Shown one piece after another: positions 11,201-23,589 of a stretch of DNA of 64,000 bases. Numbering within the stretch: the first letter of the stretch is position 1; each line of letters starts with the position of its first letter. Position numbers and translations under genes: made by a program. The notes under the pieces were generated by a model that had not been told where the DNA came from, did not search any database, and was given only the letters and a program-made list of their open reading frames with translations. Origin of the DNA: Ginglymostoma cirratum (Eukaryota); assembly GCA_024137785.1 (NCBI GenBank), contig JAHRHZ010000274.1, forward strand, positions 17,846,871 to 17,910,870, written 5' to 3'.

Positions 11201-13536
11201 ACTGGTCCTGTACAGATATGTGATGTTTGCTTCCTAATCACCCAAGAATGCTCCTTGATGGGGCATAGAAGGCCAAAGCCTAACTAGTGACTTGGGCTTT
11301 TAAAGAGAACTTTGGTGATTAAGATGTTAGTTCCCCACTGTAGGAGAAGCGATCTTGTAGATTTTCCACATTCTTTTAGCAATATAATCTCAGAAATGTA
11401 AGTTAATTGAAAGAGTGAAAACGTCAAAAGGAAGCATTTTTGAAACCAATGCAAGAAGCAAGTGAAATAGAAGGGAAGCTATGGAAATTAAATATTTATC
11501 TATTGAATGATGCAGCAAGAGTGTGAAATTTTCTCAGTTAGGTCCATCTTGCTGAAAGTAGGTTGTATTTAGCTATAAGTAGACTCAGCAATGTTCTACA
11601 GATACCTCAGAGAAAATAGCAGGCACCTTAATGAGACACATCAATTATTTCTGTGGGGCATCTTTAATAATAAAAAAAGGGAATTTCAGATTGCACATCA
11701 AGCTTTAGGGCTTTTAAATATATCAGATTAGGCATTAAACAATAAAAGATAGGAGTGACTTTGGATTATCAGTTGGAAAGTGTTAACCACACTCAATTAA
11801 ATCAGGACCTCATACAATGATAATTTTGCATCCAACGAAGAAGCAGACCAGTTTAAGCAGTTTGACTGGACAGTTAAAACGATTCTGCACTGAGAACAGA
11901 CCATGTCAATTGTGACATGTTGGAATCGAGTACTATGATAGAACGTACAAATGCTGAGAAAGGCTTGACAGCAAATAAAACATTTAAAAAATAAATCTAG
12001 AAAACACACATGCCAAGCTTTCCCAGATTTAATTATACTGTTGATAGGAAAGGATAATAAATGTCTGTCAGCCTGGGCAGTGAATGAAAGAAAATGGTTC
12101 ATTTAAAGTACTGTAGCTGTAGAAACATTGTCACTAGTACCAGCTACAGATACAGGAGAGTATTTATCTAAAATTCGAGATCAAAACTGTACAAGGAGCT
12201 TTCTGAGAAAAAATTGCCCATAAAATGTTATGTGGATAACCATTTTCTTTGGGACAATGTACATTCAACAAAGGATGTCATTAATAAAAGATTGAGGATT
12301 GGCCTTACTAACATAAAGGAAATATTAGAAAAGATTTCAAAAGCAAATTGGGTGGTTTCAAGTCACGAATTGTCAGACTGTCACACAAAGAAAGGTGCTT
12401 GCTCCAGTTGTTTCAGATCCTCAAGGAAAGACTCCTGATGGTACAAGAAATTATAATAAATAAATGAAAGAAATCTACTTTTATTTGTTTTGCTTTGCAA
12501 TTAAATGTGTTTTTTGGTTCAAAGGCTAAAAGGGAAATATGATGGGTTTGCTTGAATAATATGGAATATGAAAAAATTGTTACTGATTGGTTGTATAATA
12601 AGGTAGAGTGTTCATTTAAAATATTGTGTTTACTTTTCATCAATTTATTTGTATGTCTCAAAGTTTTTATTCAAAGAGGGGAATATGTTGAAATAGCAAA
12701 CGGTTAAGCAGAAAATTGGAGTAAATTAGAATAAGTTGACTGGATAGGTATAAAAGGGGGACATAGGGGATTGTTGTGTAAAAGGAGCTGTAAGATTGGT
12801 TAATCAATGAACTTTATCTACAAAGAATGATGGCTTGGTTTCTGTTTCACTAAACAGCTTGGACCTCATATGACAATGAGAAAGTTGCAAATCTTTGAAC
12901 CTAAGTGAACTGAAGGAATAAATGGGACAGCCATGTAAATTGGGAATGTGCATTGTTATAATATGATATAATGCCCGGTGCTGGCACCATGTTACATTTC
13001 GTGCCTGGGTAAACCACTCCTCCTTCCTATGCAAGTCTAAGAGGCTGTTCAGTAGTTTGTGGTGGAGCGTGGACCATGAGTAAGTCTCAGCACAAGTGGC
13101 TATTGTCCTTCACAACAGGATGTAGTTTATTACATTGCATTTACTAAATCCAGGTCACATTAACTTAGGCATACAACTAAGAGGTAGAGAAAACACATGT
13201 GTTTCTCGCAAGTGATTGTGCCAGACATCAACTGATTCTTCACCCAGAGCTGCGTGATATCATCTGACTGAATGGAACCCATCAAAAGTCAAACATTAAC
13301 TCTTTCAGAACCATTTCCTCATACATCATAGCCAACATAGAGAATGTAGAGATTTCACGGGGTTGGAGGTTTCTGAATTCATGTAGTTAAGCAAGTGCAG
13401 TGATCATTTGTAGCTGATGCTGATTAGAGTTTGCAAAAATATGCTGTACTGGGGATGGCGTGGTTAACCTAACTGACTACACTGTGTGTAAGTACCTGCT
13501 ATTAATACAATAGATCCATCCATGTAAACAAGCATG

Positions 13537-14522
13537 GAGTCATAGAGTCATACAACATGGAAACAGACCCTTTGGTCCAAACAGTCCATGCCGACCATAA
13601 TCCCAAACTAAACATAGTCCCACCTGCCTTCAAACTTTCTTATTCATGTACTTGTGTAAATGTATTTTAAACGTTGTAACAGTAACCGCATCCACCACTT
13701 CCTTTGGAAGTTCATTCTACACTGTAAATACTATGTGTCAAGAAGTTGCCCCTTGTTTCCTTTTTAAATCTTTCTCCGCTCACCTTAAAAATATGCCCGC
13801 TAGTCTTGAAATTCCCTACCCTAGGGAAAAGACACCTACCATTCACCTTATTTATACTCCTCATGATTTTATAAACCTCTGTAAGGTCACCTCTCAATGT
13901 CCTACGCTCCAGTGAAAAATGTCACAACCTATCCAGCCTCTCCCTGTAACTCAAATCTTCCATTCCTGGCAACATACTGGTAAATCTTTTCTGAATCCTC
14001 TCCAGCTTAATAATATCCTTTCTATAGCAGGGCAAGCAGATCTGGACACAGTACTCCAGAAGCAGCCTCACCAACATCCTATACCAACATTAACATGACT
14101 TTCCAACTCCTATACTCAAAGGCCTAAAGCAATGAAGGCAAGCGTGTTCAATGCCTTCTTAACCACCCTGTCCACTTGTGACATAAACTTCAAAGAATTA
14201 TGTACGTGAACCCCTAGGTTACTTTGTCTTACAACACTGCCCAAAGCCCTAATTTTAATTGTATAAGTCTTGCCCTTATTTGTTTTACCAAAATGCAATA
14301 CCTTGCATTTATCCAAATTAAACTTCATCTGCCACTCCTCAGCCCATTCACTCAATCATTCAAGGTCTCTTTTTAATCTTAAATAACCTCTTCACTGCCC
14401 ACTATACCACCAATTTTGGTATCATTGCAAACTTACTAACCATGCCTTCTGTATTCTCATCTAATTCATTCAAATAAATGGCAAACAAAAGCAGACCCGA
14501 CACCAATCCCTGAGGAACACTG
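13537..14522 (-). mobile_element. CR1/HER1 LINE, 5'-truncated
   Basis: ORF pieces WAEEWQMKFNLDKCKVLHFG and MRGDLTEVYKIMRSI, plus a (GACTCTAT)n tail at 13537. Confidence 0.92.
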
Positions 14523-17063
14523 CAGTTTTTAACCTCATCAATATAATGCAAATATATATAAATGTAAAGATTGTCAGAGCTGCTCTAGTGATGACTTTAC
14601 TTCCTCAATACTTCCAATGAAACAAAAACAGTTTGTTTGTTGGGCAGTAAGTTTTACAATTAGTGTTTTAAATATACAAATACCCATCAACGTGTTTAAG
14701 TTCATTTCGGCTAACTTCCAGGGATGTTGGGTGAGTTCAATAGATCATGAGACTATGACTTGATATGCACCTGTCTTGGGAGTAAGCCCAAATAATGTCA
14801 CTGACAGCTGTACCCAGTAGAATCTGGGTCACTGTTTGTCATTGAACCAAATGAATGACAGTGACAGTTGACTAAAGATTGTGAAAGATCTCACCGGTAC
14901 CAGAGTCAGTACACAAAAATAAAATGCTTTTTAATCAACAGCATGTACATGGAGTAATCAAGGAAACACCACACAGAAACTATATAAGGTTTCAAACAAA
15001 ATGTGCTTGGCATTCCTGAGATAACTTTCAGGTCAATGTCCTTTCTAGCTTTCCACTCTCCATAGCGTTTTGCTATTTTTTGTTCAGTATAATTTTTGGC
15101 CAAGCTGGGAGAATAGAATTCTTAGAATAAGGCAAGCAGACTTTTGACTATTTCTGATTGTGATCTTTCTGGTCATGAATAAATCAGTATTGGTACAGAT
15201 TATGCCAGATAGGAATTTGATCTATTTCACTTTGCCTAACAAAATGCAGTGCAGTAAATCCTCTATCATAGCAAAATCATAACTACATTTTCTTCCACTT
15301 CTTCCATTTTGCAGAAAGTTAAGACATCAAAAGAATTAGGGAAAAATACATTGATCCAACTAGTTCTGGAGTGTGCTTTGAGCTTTTATGACAGGTACTT
15401 AAAGTAGTTACATAAAATGCAGTGTCCAAGAGGTTGGTTCTAACATAGAAGAAAAACTTGACAGGCAATTTGAAAGTGTTGATTGTAACTTTTACTTTTA
15501 GTGATAGATCTTGCTTCATATCTTTGGGAAGTTAAATGAGGTCAACAAAGAGACAACTCCAGGTACATAACTTTCTAGTTCTTCTTTTCCTCCCTGAGCA
15601 CTACTTTTCAATAACTTTCTTAAGGCCTTTTCATTCTTTCATGTTATTTTCTGCAATGACATTCCCACATGCAGATGAGCAATTCAGACTCCACCCATCT
15701 CTCTTTCTTATCCCTATCAGAAGATCCTTCAATAATGATTACATGTCTAAGACATGTTTAGTCTTCTATTCTTACTTACAACTACAGGCTTATTTTACTT
15801 ATTGGTTGTGCTTTGTTTTATCTCACAAATCCATGTAGAAGCAAGTTTCTTTATTCTGTGCCTATGTCATCCTTTAAGTGATTTAATTTGCTCTCAACTT
15901 GTTTCTTGAGTAGTACTTTTCATCAATGTATTTAATCTTCCCTAATTGACTTGAACCTTCAAAGTTACACACCTCAGTTTTAGTTTACTATATTTGTTCT
16001 TTCCAGACCATACCACATTTCAACTGCAGAAGAAATTGTGCGAAACACGGTTAATGCCACTTTTACAGGGGCTCTGGCTTCTCTCAAAAGTGGTATTTTT
16101 TTTAGATAAAATGGTCTGGTCTTCCCTTTTCAGGTTGAAGTAAAAGATCTCAGTGTACAATTTTACACGGAGCAAGAAATCTTTCCTCGGCCAAGACCTG
16201 GTGGGAGGGGCACCCCATGTGAACGTAAAATATAGTGCAGTGATGTTAGATCAGCAGTACAATGTCATTATCCCAGTCTTCTAAACTATGGGAGTCAAGT
16301 GGGCAGAAAAAAATCAGCAGCTCACCTGCCATTTTAAAATAACTAATTAACAAGCTATTGCACCTATTAACAACTCAGTGGTCTACAGTTTTTCATTGAA
16401 AAATTCATCCACCATTTGTTCAGCTATTTGGAAAGCTTTGGAAATGTTTGATGGCAGATATGAAGAGGTGGCAAAAAGACAAAAGCAAAGGCCTTCTTTG
16501 GAACTATGGTCGAATGCAGCATCAGATTCTACTGCAGCAGCTGTCAGCATCTGTATTTTTGTTTTTATTAAGACTGATTCTGAGAGCAGAGGACATTTTG
16601 AATTGTAGCCATGACCATCGTCCTGTTCCTGGCATTACTTCTTTGCTACAATTGGGTGTGAAGCCCTGTTTTGCTCCATTAATTGACCCCCTTTGCCATT
16701 GGAGAAGCCACTGATTTGCCATCTGATGCTTGATGGGATGATGGGGGCCCACAGTGGACCATTCAGTTTTCATTTGTCCCTGATATCCCACTAAAAGTCA
16801 TAAAATCCACCCACTGATGTCTGGCCCAAGTTTTGTCCCTCACTTAATAGCTTTGAATAGCTTCTATATCATTGTTATTTGTGGGACTTCAGAGTGTGCT
16901 TGTTAGCTAGCCCGTTTTCCTTACTCACCAATAATGGCTGTGCTCCAAAAGTAATCCTATGGATGTGGAGAGCCTTAGAATGTCTTGAACTTTGTGAGAC
17001 CGTGATTTAAATGCAAGTTATTGCTCCTTTCTTATGTGATCTACTACAAGACAAAACAGTTAC

Positions 17064-17755
17064 CTTTAAAGCAAACTCATTCTCTGGCTGCAGTGTGGAC
17101 TGGACTCTGTAGTAAATGGCCTCTCTGGAGTCGCAACAGGGTTTGTCGCATGGCAGCTTGAGGTCTGGCCAGTCCTTCTCAGTAAACTTTATCTTCGCCT
17201 TCTTGTCATCCATCAAGAAAGAGCTGTATTTCGCACAAATGCATTTCAGTGACATGACACACCGGCTGGCAAGAGTTTTGAAAATGTCCGCCTGATTTTC
17301 AAAATTACACCACTTCTGTAATTCCCGATCTGTACTGCAAAAGCTCAACTTCTCTATATCTACCTGAGAATTGCTGACATGATAGTAGCTGGCAGCTCCA
17401 TCCAGACTCCGGGATTTTATCATTCCTGCCCTTCTACTACTGGCATGAATTGGAAGATTGAATTTTTCATCAGCGTTCATTGGACTGCTCGGTGTACTGA
17501 AACTCGTTTTTCCTTCATAGATACCATACAGTGGGTTACTTATTTGAAAGCCAGGAGACGCTGGAAGACTTCTTGTTAAACCAAGGTGACTTCCACCAGG
17601 AGCTGAGTTGGTCCTGCTGAGTGTCTTCTTTGGAAGGGGCGGTGGCCTTGTGTTGTCAGGAGACCCCTCATCAACTGACTTTCCTTGGGAGGCCATTAAC
17701 GCTTCACTCACTCTTTGGAGAGTCTTTATGGGTGTTGTACTGGAATGGACTTCTG
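17064..17755 (-). CDS. PEAK3: PEAK3-like pseudokinase, coding exon 2 (Crk SH3 motif, 14-3-3 motif, SHED alphaN helix, kinase N-lobe up to the beta3 Lys)
   Basis: Acceptor TTTTATTTGCTTCGTAG|CAG|AA and donor AAG|GTAACT at 17063 (phase 0). Encodes PPPLPKKTLSRTNSAP, NPLY, PCCDSREAIYYRV and FALK. Confidence 0.92.
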
Positions 17756-17834
17756 CTACGAAGCAAATAAAACAAACACCTGTTATTTCACAAGAACAAA
17801 GATCCTATTGTCAATCTAGTTGTCTTTATAGAGC

Positions 17835-18260
17835 TATCACAGAATCACAAAGGTGCTACAGCAAAGAGGAGGACATCTAGCTCATTGTATTTCAGCCAGC
17901 TTACTGCAGGAGCAGTTTATCTTCTGCTACTCCCCACTGCCTCTCCATTAGTCCTGCACATTCTCCCTTTAAGGGTAATAATCCAATACCCTCTCGAAAA
18001 CTTGTATTAAACTGGCCTCCACAACACTCTCAAGCAGTGCATTCTGGGTCCCACGAAAACATGTTTACCAATGTGCCACTGCTTCTCTTGCAAGTTGCTT
18101 TAAATCTGCCCTCTTCTTCTTTGTCCTCCCACCTATGTGAACACTTGTTTTTGATCTACTTCAGATCCATCATGAACTTGAACATCTCTACCAAATGTGT
18201 CAAATATTTCTTCTCTAAGGTAAACAGCCCCTACTTCCCAATGAAATCGCTAATTTTATT
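17835..18260 (-). mobile_element. Old CR1 3' fragment
   Basis: Tail-like ATCACAGAATCACA..GCTACAGC.AAGAGGAGG.CAT and GGCCTCCACAACACTCTC..GCAGTGCATTC. Confidence 0.55.
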
Positions 18261-19649
18261 GACCATGATCTCGTATATGCAACACAATTGATGCTGTTGT
18301 TTTTGACCAGGGATATCGGTTAAAAGAGCTGTGAACTGAAGCATGCTTTTAGGATATTAAAAATGAAGAGTAACTGTTACATCTGCAACAGGCCTTACTT
18401 CTGGTGGCAGTGACATTTCTGACAAAGGAAGAGGGTTTCATCCAGGATTTATCACCAGGAGGCCGAGAGAGATCTTCCCTTTATTTTACCAAACCACATC
18501 ATTAACTACCTACCCCACACCGATGTTGTCCCTTTGCTCAATTCTAGCCATTCCCAGGTATCTGGAATTAACTGGCATCTCTGGTGCTGGTGTCATCTTG
18601 ATAAGTCTGTTGTGCACCCAGTCAAGATAAGAGTTGCCTTGCAGAGTTCCTGACATTTATCCCATATGTGACAGGGAAGGGAAAATGGACACACTAATTT
18701 GCGGTCATATACATGGAGTTCTGCTGGGGTTGTGTAATCGCATGATGTCATCTTCCCCCTGACAAGCATAGCAAGTTATGACACCAGACCAGACTTAGTT
18801 AAAAGATGTAAGGGGTTGCTTCCAGTGTCGAGATAGGCCTTGCCAGATTTCTTGTGCCAGTCTGCCACATTTCTCACAATAGCCCAAGTTGTTGTAAGGT
18901 TCTTCTCATTGTGCTTGATGCAGATATGAATGACAGCAGATCAATCATCAGCACAGTAAAGTTGATGACCCTAATTAGACCCTGAAAATTTTTCCCTGAG
19001 TATGATGCTGCCCTGACATTGTTTTAATTCAGGAATTTTAAACTTACAATCAGTACCTCAAAATATTAATGATGTTTTGCGTTGATGCTTAATCTTTTAA
19101 TACATGATTCTTTTGCAGAGGCTGAATGGCCTACTTCTGCTCCTATTTCCTATGTTTTCTATGGCAATCTTAAAGGGCTCTCAACTTCAGCTTTCATCAT
19201 TTGATTTTCACTGGCTAGAACCTATTATAGACTAATATGGAGTTAAAAAAAGAAAAATAATGACTCAGCTGTCACTGTGATTATCTGAACAGGTTGAGGC
19301 AAGCTTCATAAAACCATCAATAACTAAAAATGTCTAAACTAAAATTAATGTCAGCAAAATGATTTTCACCAGTCACTCAAATCTGTATCTCTTGTTTGAT
19401 TCATACTTTTCTAGAAGTTTTATATATCAGGATAAAAGTTGCCTGCAGACTATCTAGCTTGGGAGAAGAAATAACTGGTTTACACAAATGGACTGTCTTT
19501 CAGACAATTGGTTTGGGGCAGACAAGGGGGAAGAAAACTGATTTACAACATCAGAAGTTGGAAGGCTCGTGCTATCTTCTCTCTGCCTCAGAAACCAGTG
19601 CCTGGTGATGAACCAAATTGGAGAAATATCCATTTGCTGAGAACGGAAT

Positions 19650-19790
19650 GATATGAGTATATGAATAAGAAAGGTTTAGAAGGATATGGGCCAAACGTTG
19701 GCAAATGGAACTAGGTCAGATTGGATGTCTGGTTGTTGTGGGCAAGTTGTACAGAAGGGTCTGTTTCCGTGCTGTATGACTCTATGACTG
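19650..19790 (+). mobile_element. CR1/HER1 3' tail
   Basis: GAAGGGTCTGTTTCCGTGCTGTATGACTCTATGACT. Confidence 0.85.
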
Positions 19791-19854
19791 TGGAAGTCAG
19801 ACAGGTGGATTATTCAAAGCTGAAAGGTAAACAATGTTGATTGTAATAAAAAAA

Positions 19855-20040
19855 TCATTTGGTTCACTAACGTCCTTGAAGGAAGGAAATCTGTCATCTT
19901 TGCCTCATCTGGCCTACATATGATTCCAGAAACTCAGTAACATGGTTGACATGTGGTTGCCTTCTTGGCAATTAGGAATTGGCAAAAATTGCTGGCCTAG
20001 CCAGCGATGCCCGCATCCTATGAATGAATTTGAAAAAAAA
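19855..20040 (+). mobile_element. SINE 3' half (same family as 1050-1407)
   Basis: GGTTCACTAACGTCCTTGAAGGAAGGAAATCTG...CCTAGCCAGCGATGCCC. Confidence 0.8.
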
Positions 20041-20717
20041 ATTGATTTGAAGAAAGGATAGTGTACTTGATTTGCCTTCTGCAAGGCTATGCTGTTGACA
20101 ATATGCTTACAATTTGAAAAGTCCAAGTTTTAACTTTATTGTATACATCACTGAGATTATGAGCTGTATGTATTGCATTATTTAATAATGTATGGCTTCA
20201 TGTTTGTTGAGATTATTATGCATTTATTTGAAGCTTGTTCAGTACCAAATCACTTTTAAGTTCAAGTATGCAACTAAAGCAGATACAGAACCAGATATTT
20301 TCTTCTGCCATTCAATCTGAGTTTGTTGCATCTCCCAATCGAAATGCCCATATTACTGTAAAAAATGATCTTTTTAAAAATAATCCATTTGCAAGTTTTG
20401 TTTCCAAAAAGGAGTTGAGGTTATGGTTTGTGGCCTGAGTTTGCTCTTTTACAGAAGTCCAGTCATAATTTTTGAAACCGTTATTACTTTACACCGTCAA
20501 AAAAACAAAGTGGTGATTGTTAACTGCCAACTGTCTGTTTTCTTGCTCGTAAAATAAGGCAGGCAGCAATTGAAAATTTGGTTGGTGGAGGTGGGGGAAG
20601 GAGATGTCAGTTGTCATGTTAAAACTCAAGGCTCACAGTGCACTTTCCAGACAAGGGTTAGCAGCTGATTCTGAAACAACGAGACGCAAAAACAGCATCT
20701 GTACACTAGTATACACC

Positions 20718-20930
20718 GAAACAAAATCAGAAAGTACTGGAGAAAATCAGCAGGTATCTGAATCACTGCTTGCCCCCACCCAATCTCCATCATCTGCATA
20801 AACACCACCATTTCCCAGCTGCTTTCAGTTCTGACCAAGGGTCAACGGACTTGAAATATTCACTCTGTTTTTCTCTCCACGGATGTTGCCAGTCCTGCTG
20901 AGTTTCTCCAGCAGTTCCTGTTTTGTTCCT
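20718..20930. mobile_element. Penelope-type ends in inverted arrangement, with a decayed hammerhead core
   Basis: GAAACAAAATCAGAAAGTACTGGAGAAAATCAGCAGG (20718-) is near reverse-complementary to 20894-20929. CTGACCAAGGGTCAACGGACTTGAAA at about 20831 is a decayed CTGATGA-stem-GAAA. Confidence 0.6.
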
Positions 20931-21052
20931 TAAACCAGTTATAAGGCTTTGTAATTTTCAGTGACAAAAGGGCAGATTGTCCATGTGCTCCTAGATGGTA
21001 AATGACCTAACCAGTGGCCCTTAAAAGGATTGCTAGACCATGCTCATAAAGC

Positions 21053-21160
21053 AGGGTTCTTGTGGTGCAGTGGTTGTGTCTCTACCTCTGTGCAAAGAGA
21101 TCCAGGTTCAAGTTCCACCTGCTCTAGAGATGTGCAATAACATTTCTGAAAATGTTGATG
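21053..21160 (+). mobile_element. Short tRNA-derived SINE
   Basis: TGGTGCAGTGG (A box) and GGTTCAAGTTCC (B box). Same family as the tandem pair at 34398-34600. Confidence 0.65.
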
Positions 21161-23589
21161 AAAAAGTATCTAGAACAACCCAGCAACCACCTTTGGTTAT
21201 TTTTTGATTGAAGTGGGCGAGGATCTAGCATAGAGATATTCTATCAGTTCATTGAGAAAAGCTCTGGCCCAAAAGACACCAGGGTTGCCTTATTCTCACT
21301 GCTCCAACCTGCCTACTATTCAGGATGGCAGTTGGCTGATTTATCACCCCCTCAGAAATGGGAAGCTACAACAAAATGCTCCTTGGAGCCTGCAGCTCAT
21401 TATCCTAATGCCCTGGGCCTCGAAATAGTTCTAAATGGCATAAGTGGGAGGACGGAAAGGCCACACATTGAACTTGATGCACACTTTGGTTCCTATTTTA
21501 AAATCACACTGTAAAATTCATCATTGGATTTAAAGAAAAACTAAACAGCCCTTCAAAGTTTTATTTCACAACTCTTTACTTTAGCTCCCGGACTTTCTTC
21601 ATCAAGATTCTAAGTTGGCTTCCCTGTGCCCACACATGAGTTTCCACTTTTATTCCTTCCCAATAAATTGTTTTCTTTTAATTTCCTTCACCACCAACCA
21701 CAATAGCTTAGCATTATACAGCTTTTCCCTTAGTAAGTGCCCCGATAGTATATTCAATCTTCCAGTCTTTGGTCTTTGACAATAACCAAATGCTAATATG
21801 AATTCAAGTTAATCCCAAGGTGTTATACAGGGAGGTTGATAAGATTGTCTGCAGATAGCAATAGAAGTTTTTCAGAATATAAAATCAACTGATGGCCAAG
21901 AATGTTCTTTGATGTTTCCATCAAATAAACAACGGGGAACCCACTGATAGGGAAGCAGTACTACCAGTTTAGGTGCAACCTGGCTAAGGATGAAAGTGAA
22001 AGCTGTAAGCGTGAAGCTGCTGGAGGAGAAATAAAACTAAAAGACTTCTCAAAGAAATGGAACTTTTGAGGGGAAACTAAAGGGAAACAAAATCTGTTGG
22101 ACAGCGATTGAAGCCACTAGCAGGCAAACTTGGAAAAGGTTGCTCATCTGTTGGCTTTGGGGATGGATGAACAAGATTTAATTAAAGAAGTTGAAGATTT
22201 GGCCACATAAACTCTGGAACAGTGACAGCCCATGATGTAAAAGCTCAACATTGTGGCCTATAACGCGATAGGCACGACTGGATTGTCCGACGAGACTACC
22301 ACCCAGCCACATGCGAATTCCTAAACTTATCAGGGAACTAAATCATTATATCAGTGAAAGATCTAGAAACTGGTGAAAAACACTTTCTCTTTATTCAAAA
22401 GATTAATTATTTTCTATATTTCTAAGACTCGTAAAGAGGACAAAAGATAATCCCAAAAAAATTCCAGTTTATGCAATTGAACACCTCATAGACCCCCATT
22501 GTTGGTGTAATTGCCATTTTTAACATAGTAATAAATTGGATGACATTATTGGCTAAATACTCACATTTACAAATGATTCAAAAAGAAAAGGGAGTACAAA
22601 AAATGTAGAACAGGTCAAAGTCTGTCAAAGGATCTGGTCACTTAGTTAAGTGCATCATTGGCAACAAATATAATTCGATGTGGATAAATGTAACTTTCAT
22701 GGGTGAAAGGTTTAATGTGATGAGGGGGCACAGTTAACACGTCTGGGTTAGGATTGGAAAGAGAGTTGAAGTAGATTCTTTTTGAAGACTAATCGACTAT
22801 AGGATTGAATTTTACAGACTTTTGAACACTCACGTCAGGACCAAGTCGGGATCCCAAGCCAGTACTTGAATTGTTTCAAGACCAGCAATTTTGCCAGGGG
22901 TGGCCCCTGTTTGGCCAATTCCAGGCTTGCTATCCAGTTAAGGATAGAGGGCAGGATGCAGAAACTGCTTGTTAAATCAATGGACTGGCAGCAATGATGT
23001 CCTGCCAATCCCAGCAGGAAATGTGGGCACAGCTGGAGGTGGGTTAACAGGTTAGTTGAAAATTAAAAATCACTGGGGCCAAGAACGCAAAGCCACTCCT
23101 GATTTTTGGGGTTCTGGAGGTGGTCTTCTCTACCTGTAACTCTAATCCCCCAGCTCCGTTCATCCTCTGAACAAGCACAGGGAAGCTGTTTTATTGAAGC
23201 TGACAGCCTGCCATTCAGAGGCATTGATGATGACAGCATTGGGAAATTGAAGCCAACAACCTAGTTTAAGACACCACCTCATGTTTCTAGCTTTTTCACC
23301 CATGAAGTCATTTCATTCCCTAGTAATAATTTGATTCACTGTGTGTGTGGTTATCAATATTATGTGTGTGAATGAGCACAACAGAGTGATATAAGTTCAT
23401 CAGCAACATCAATTAGAAAGCTGAAAATTCCAACAGAGACCTTTAAGCGAGTGTAAGTGTGGTGGAGCAGAACAATTGTGTGCTGTTATGTTCCTTCATT
23501 GTCCCCATCTTAAGTTATAGGAACCAGGTTATTTACAAATCTTGGCTAAGTCCATGCCCCTACAATAAAGGTGCTGCATCATCATGTAA

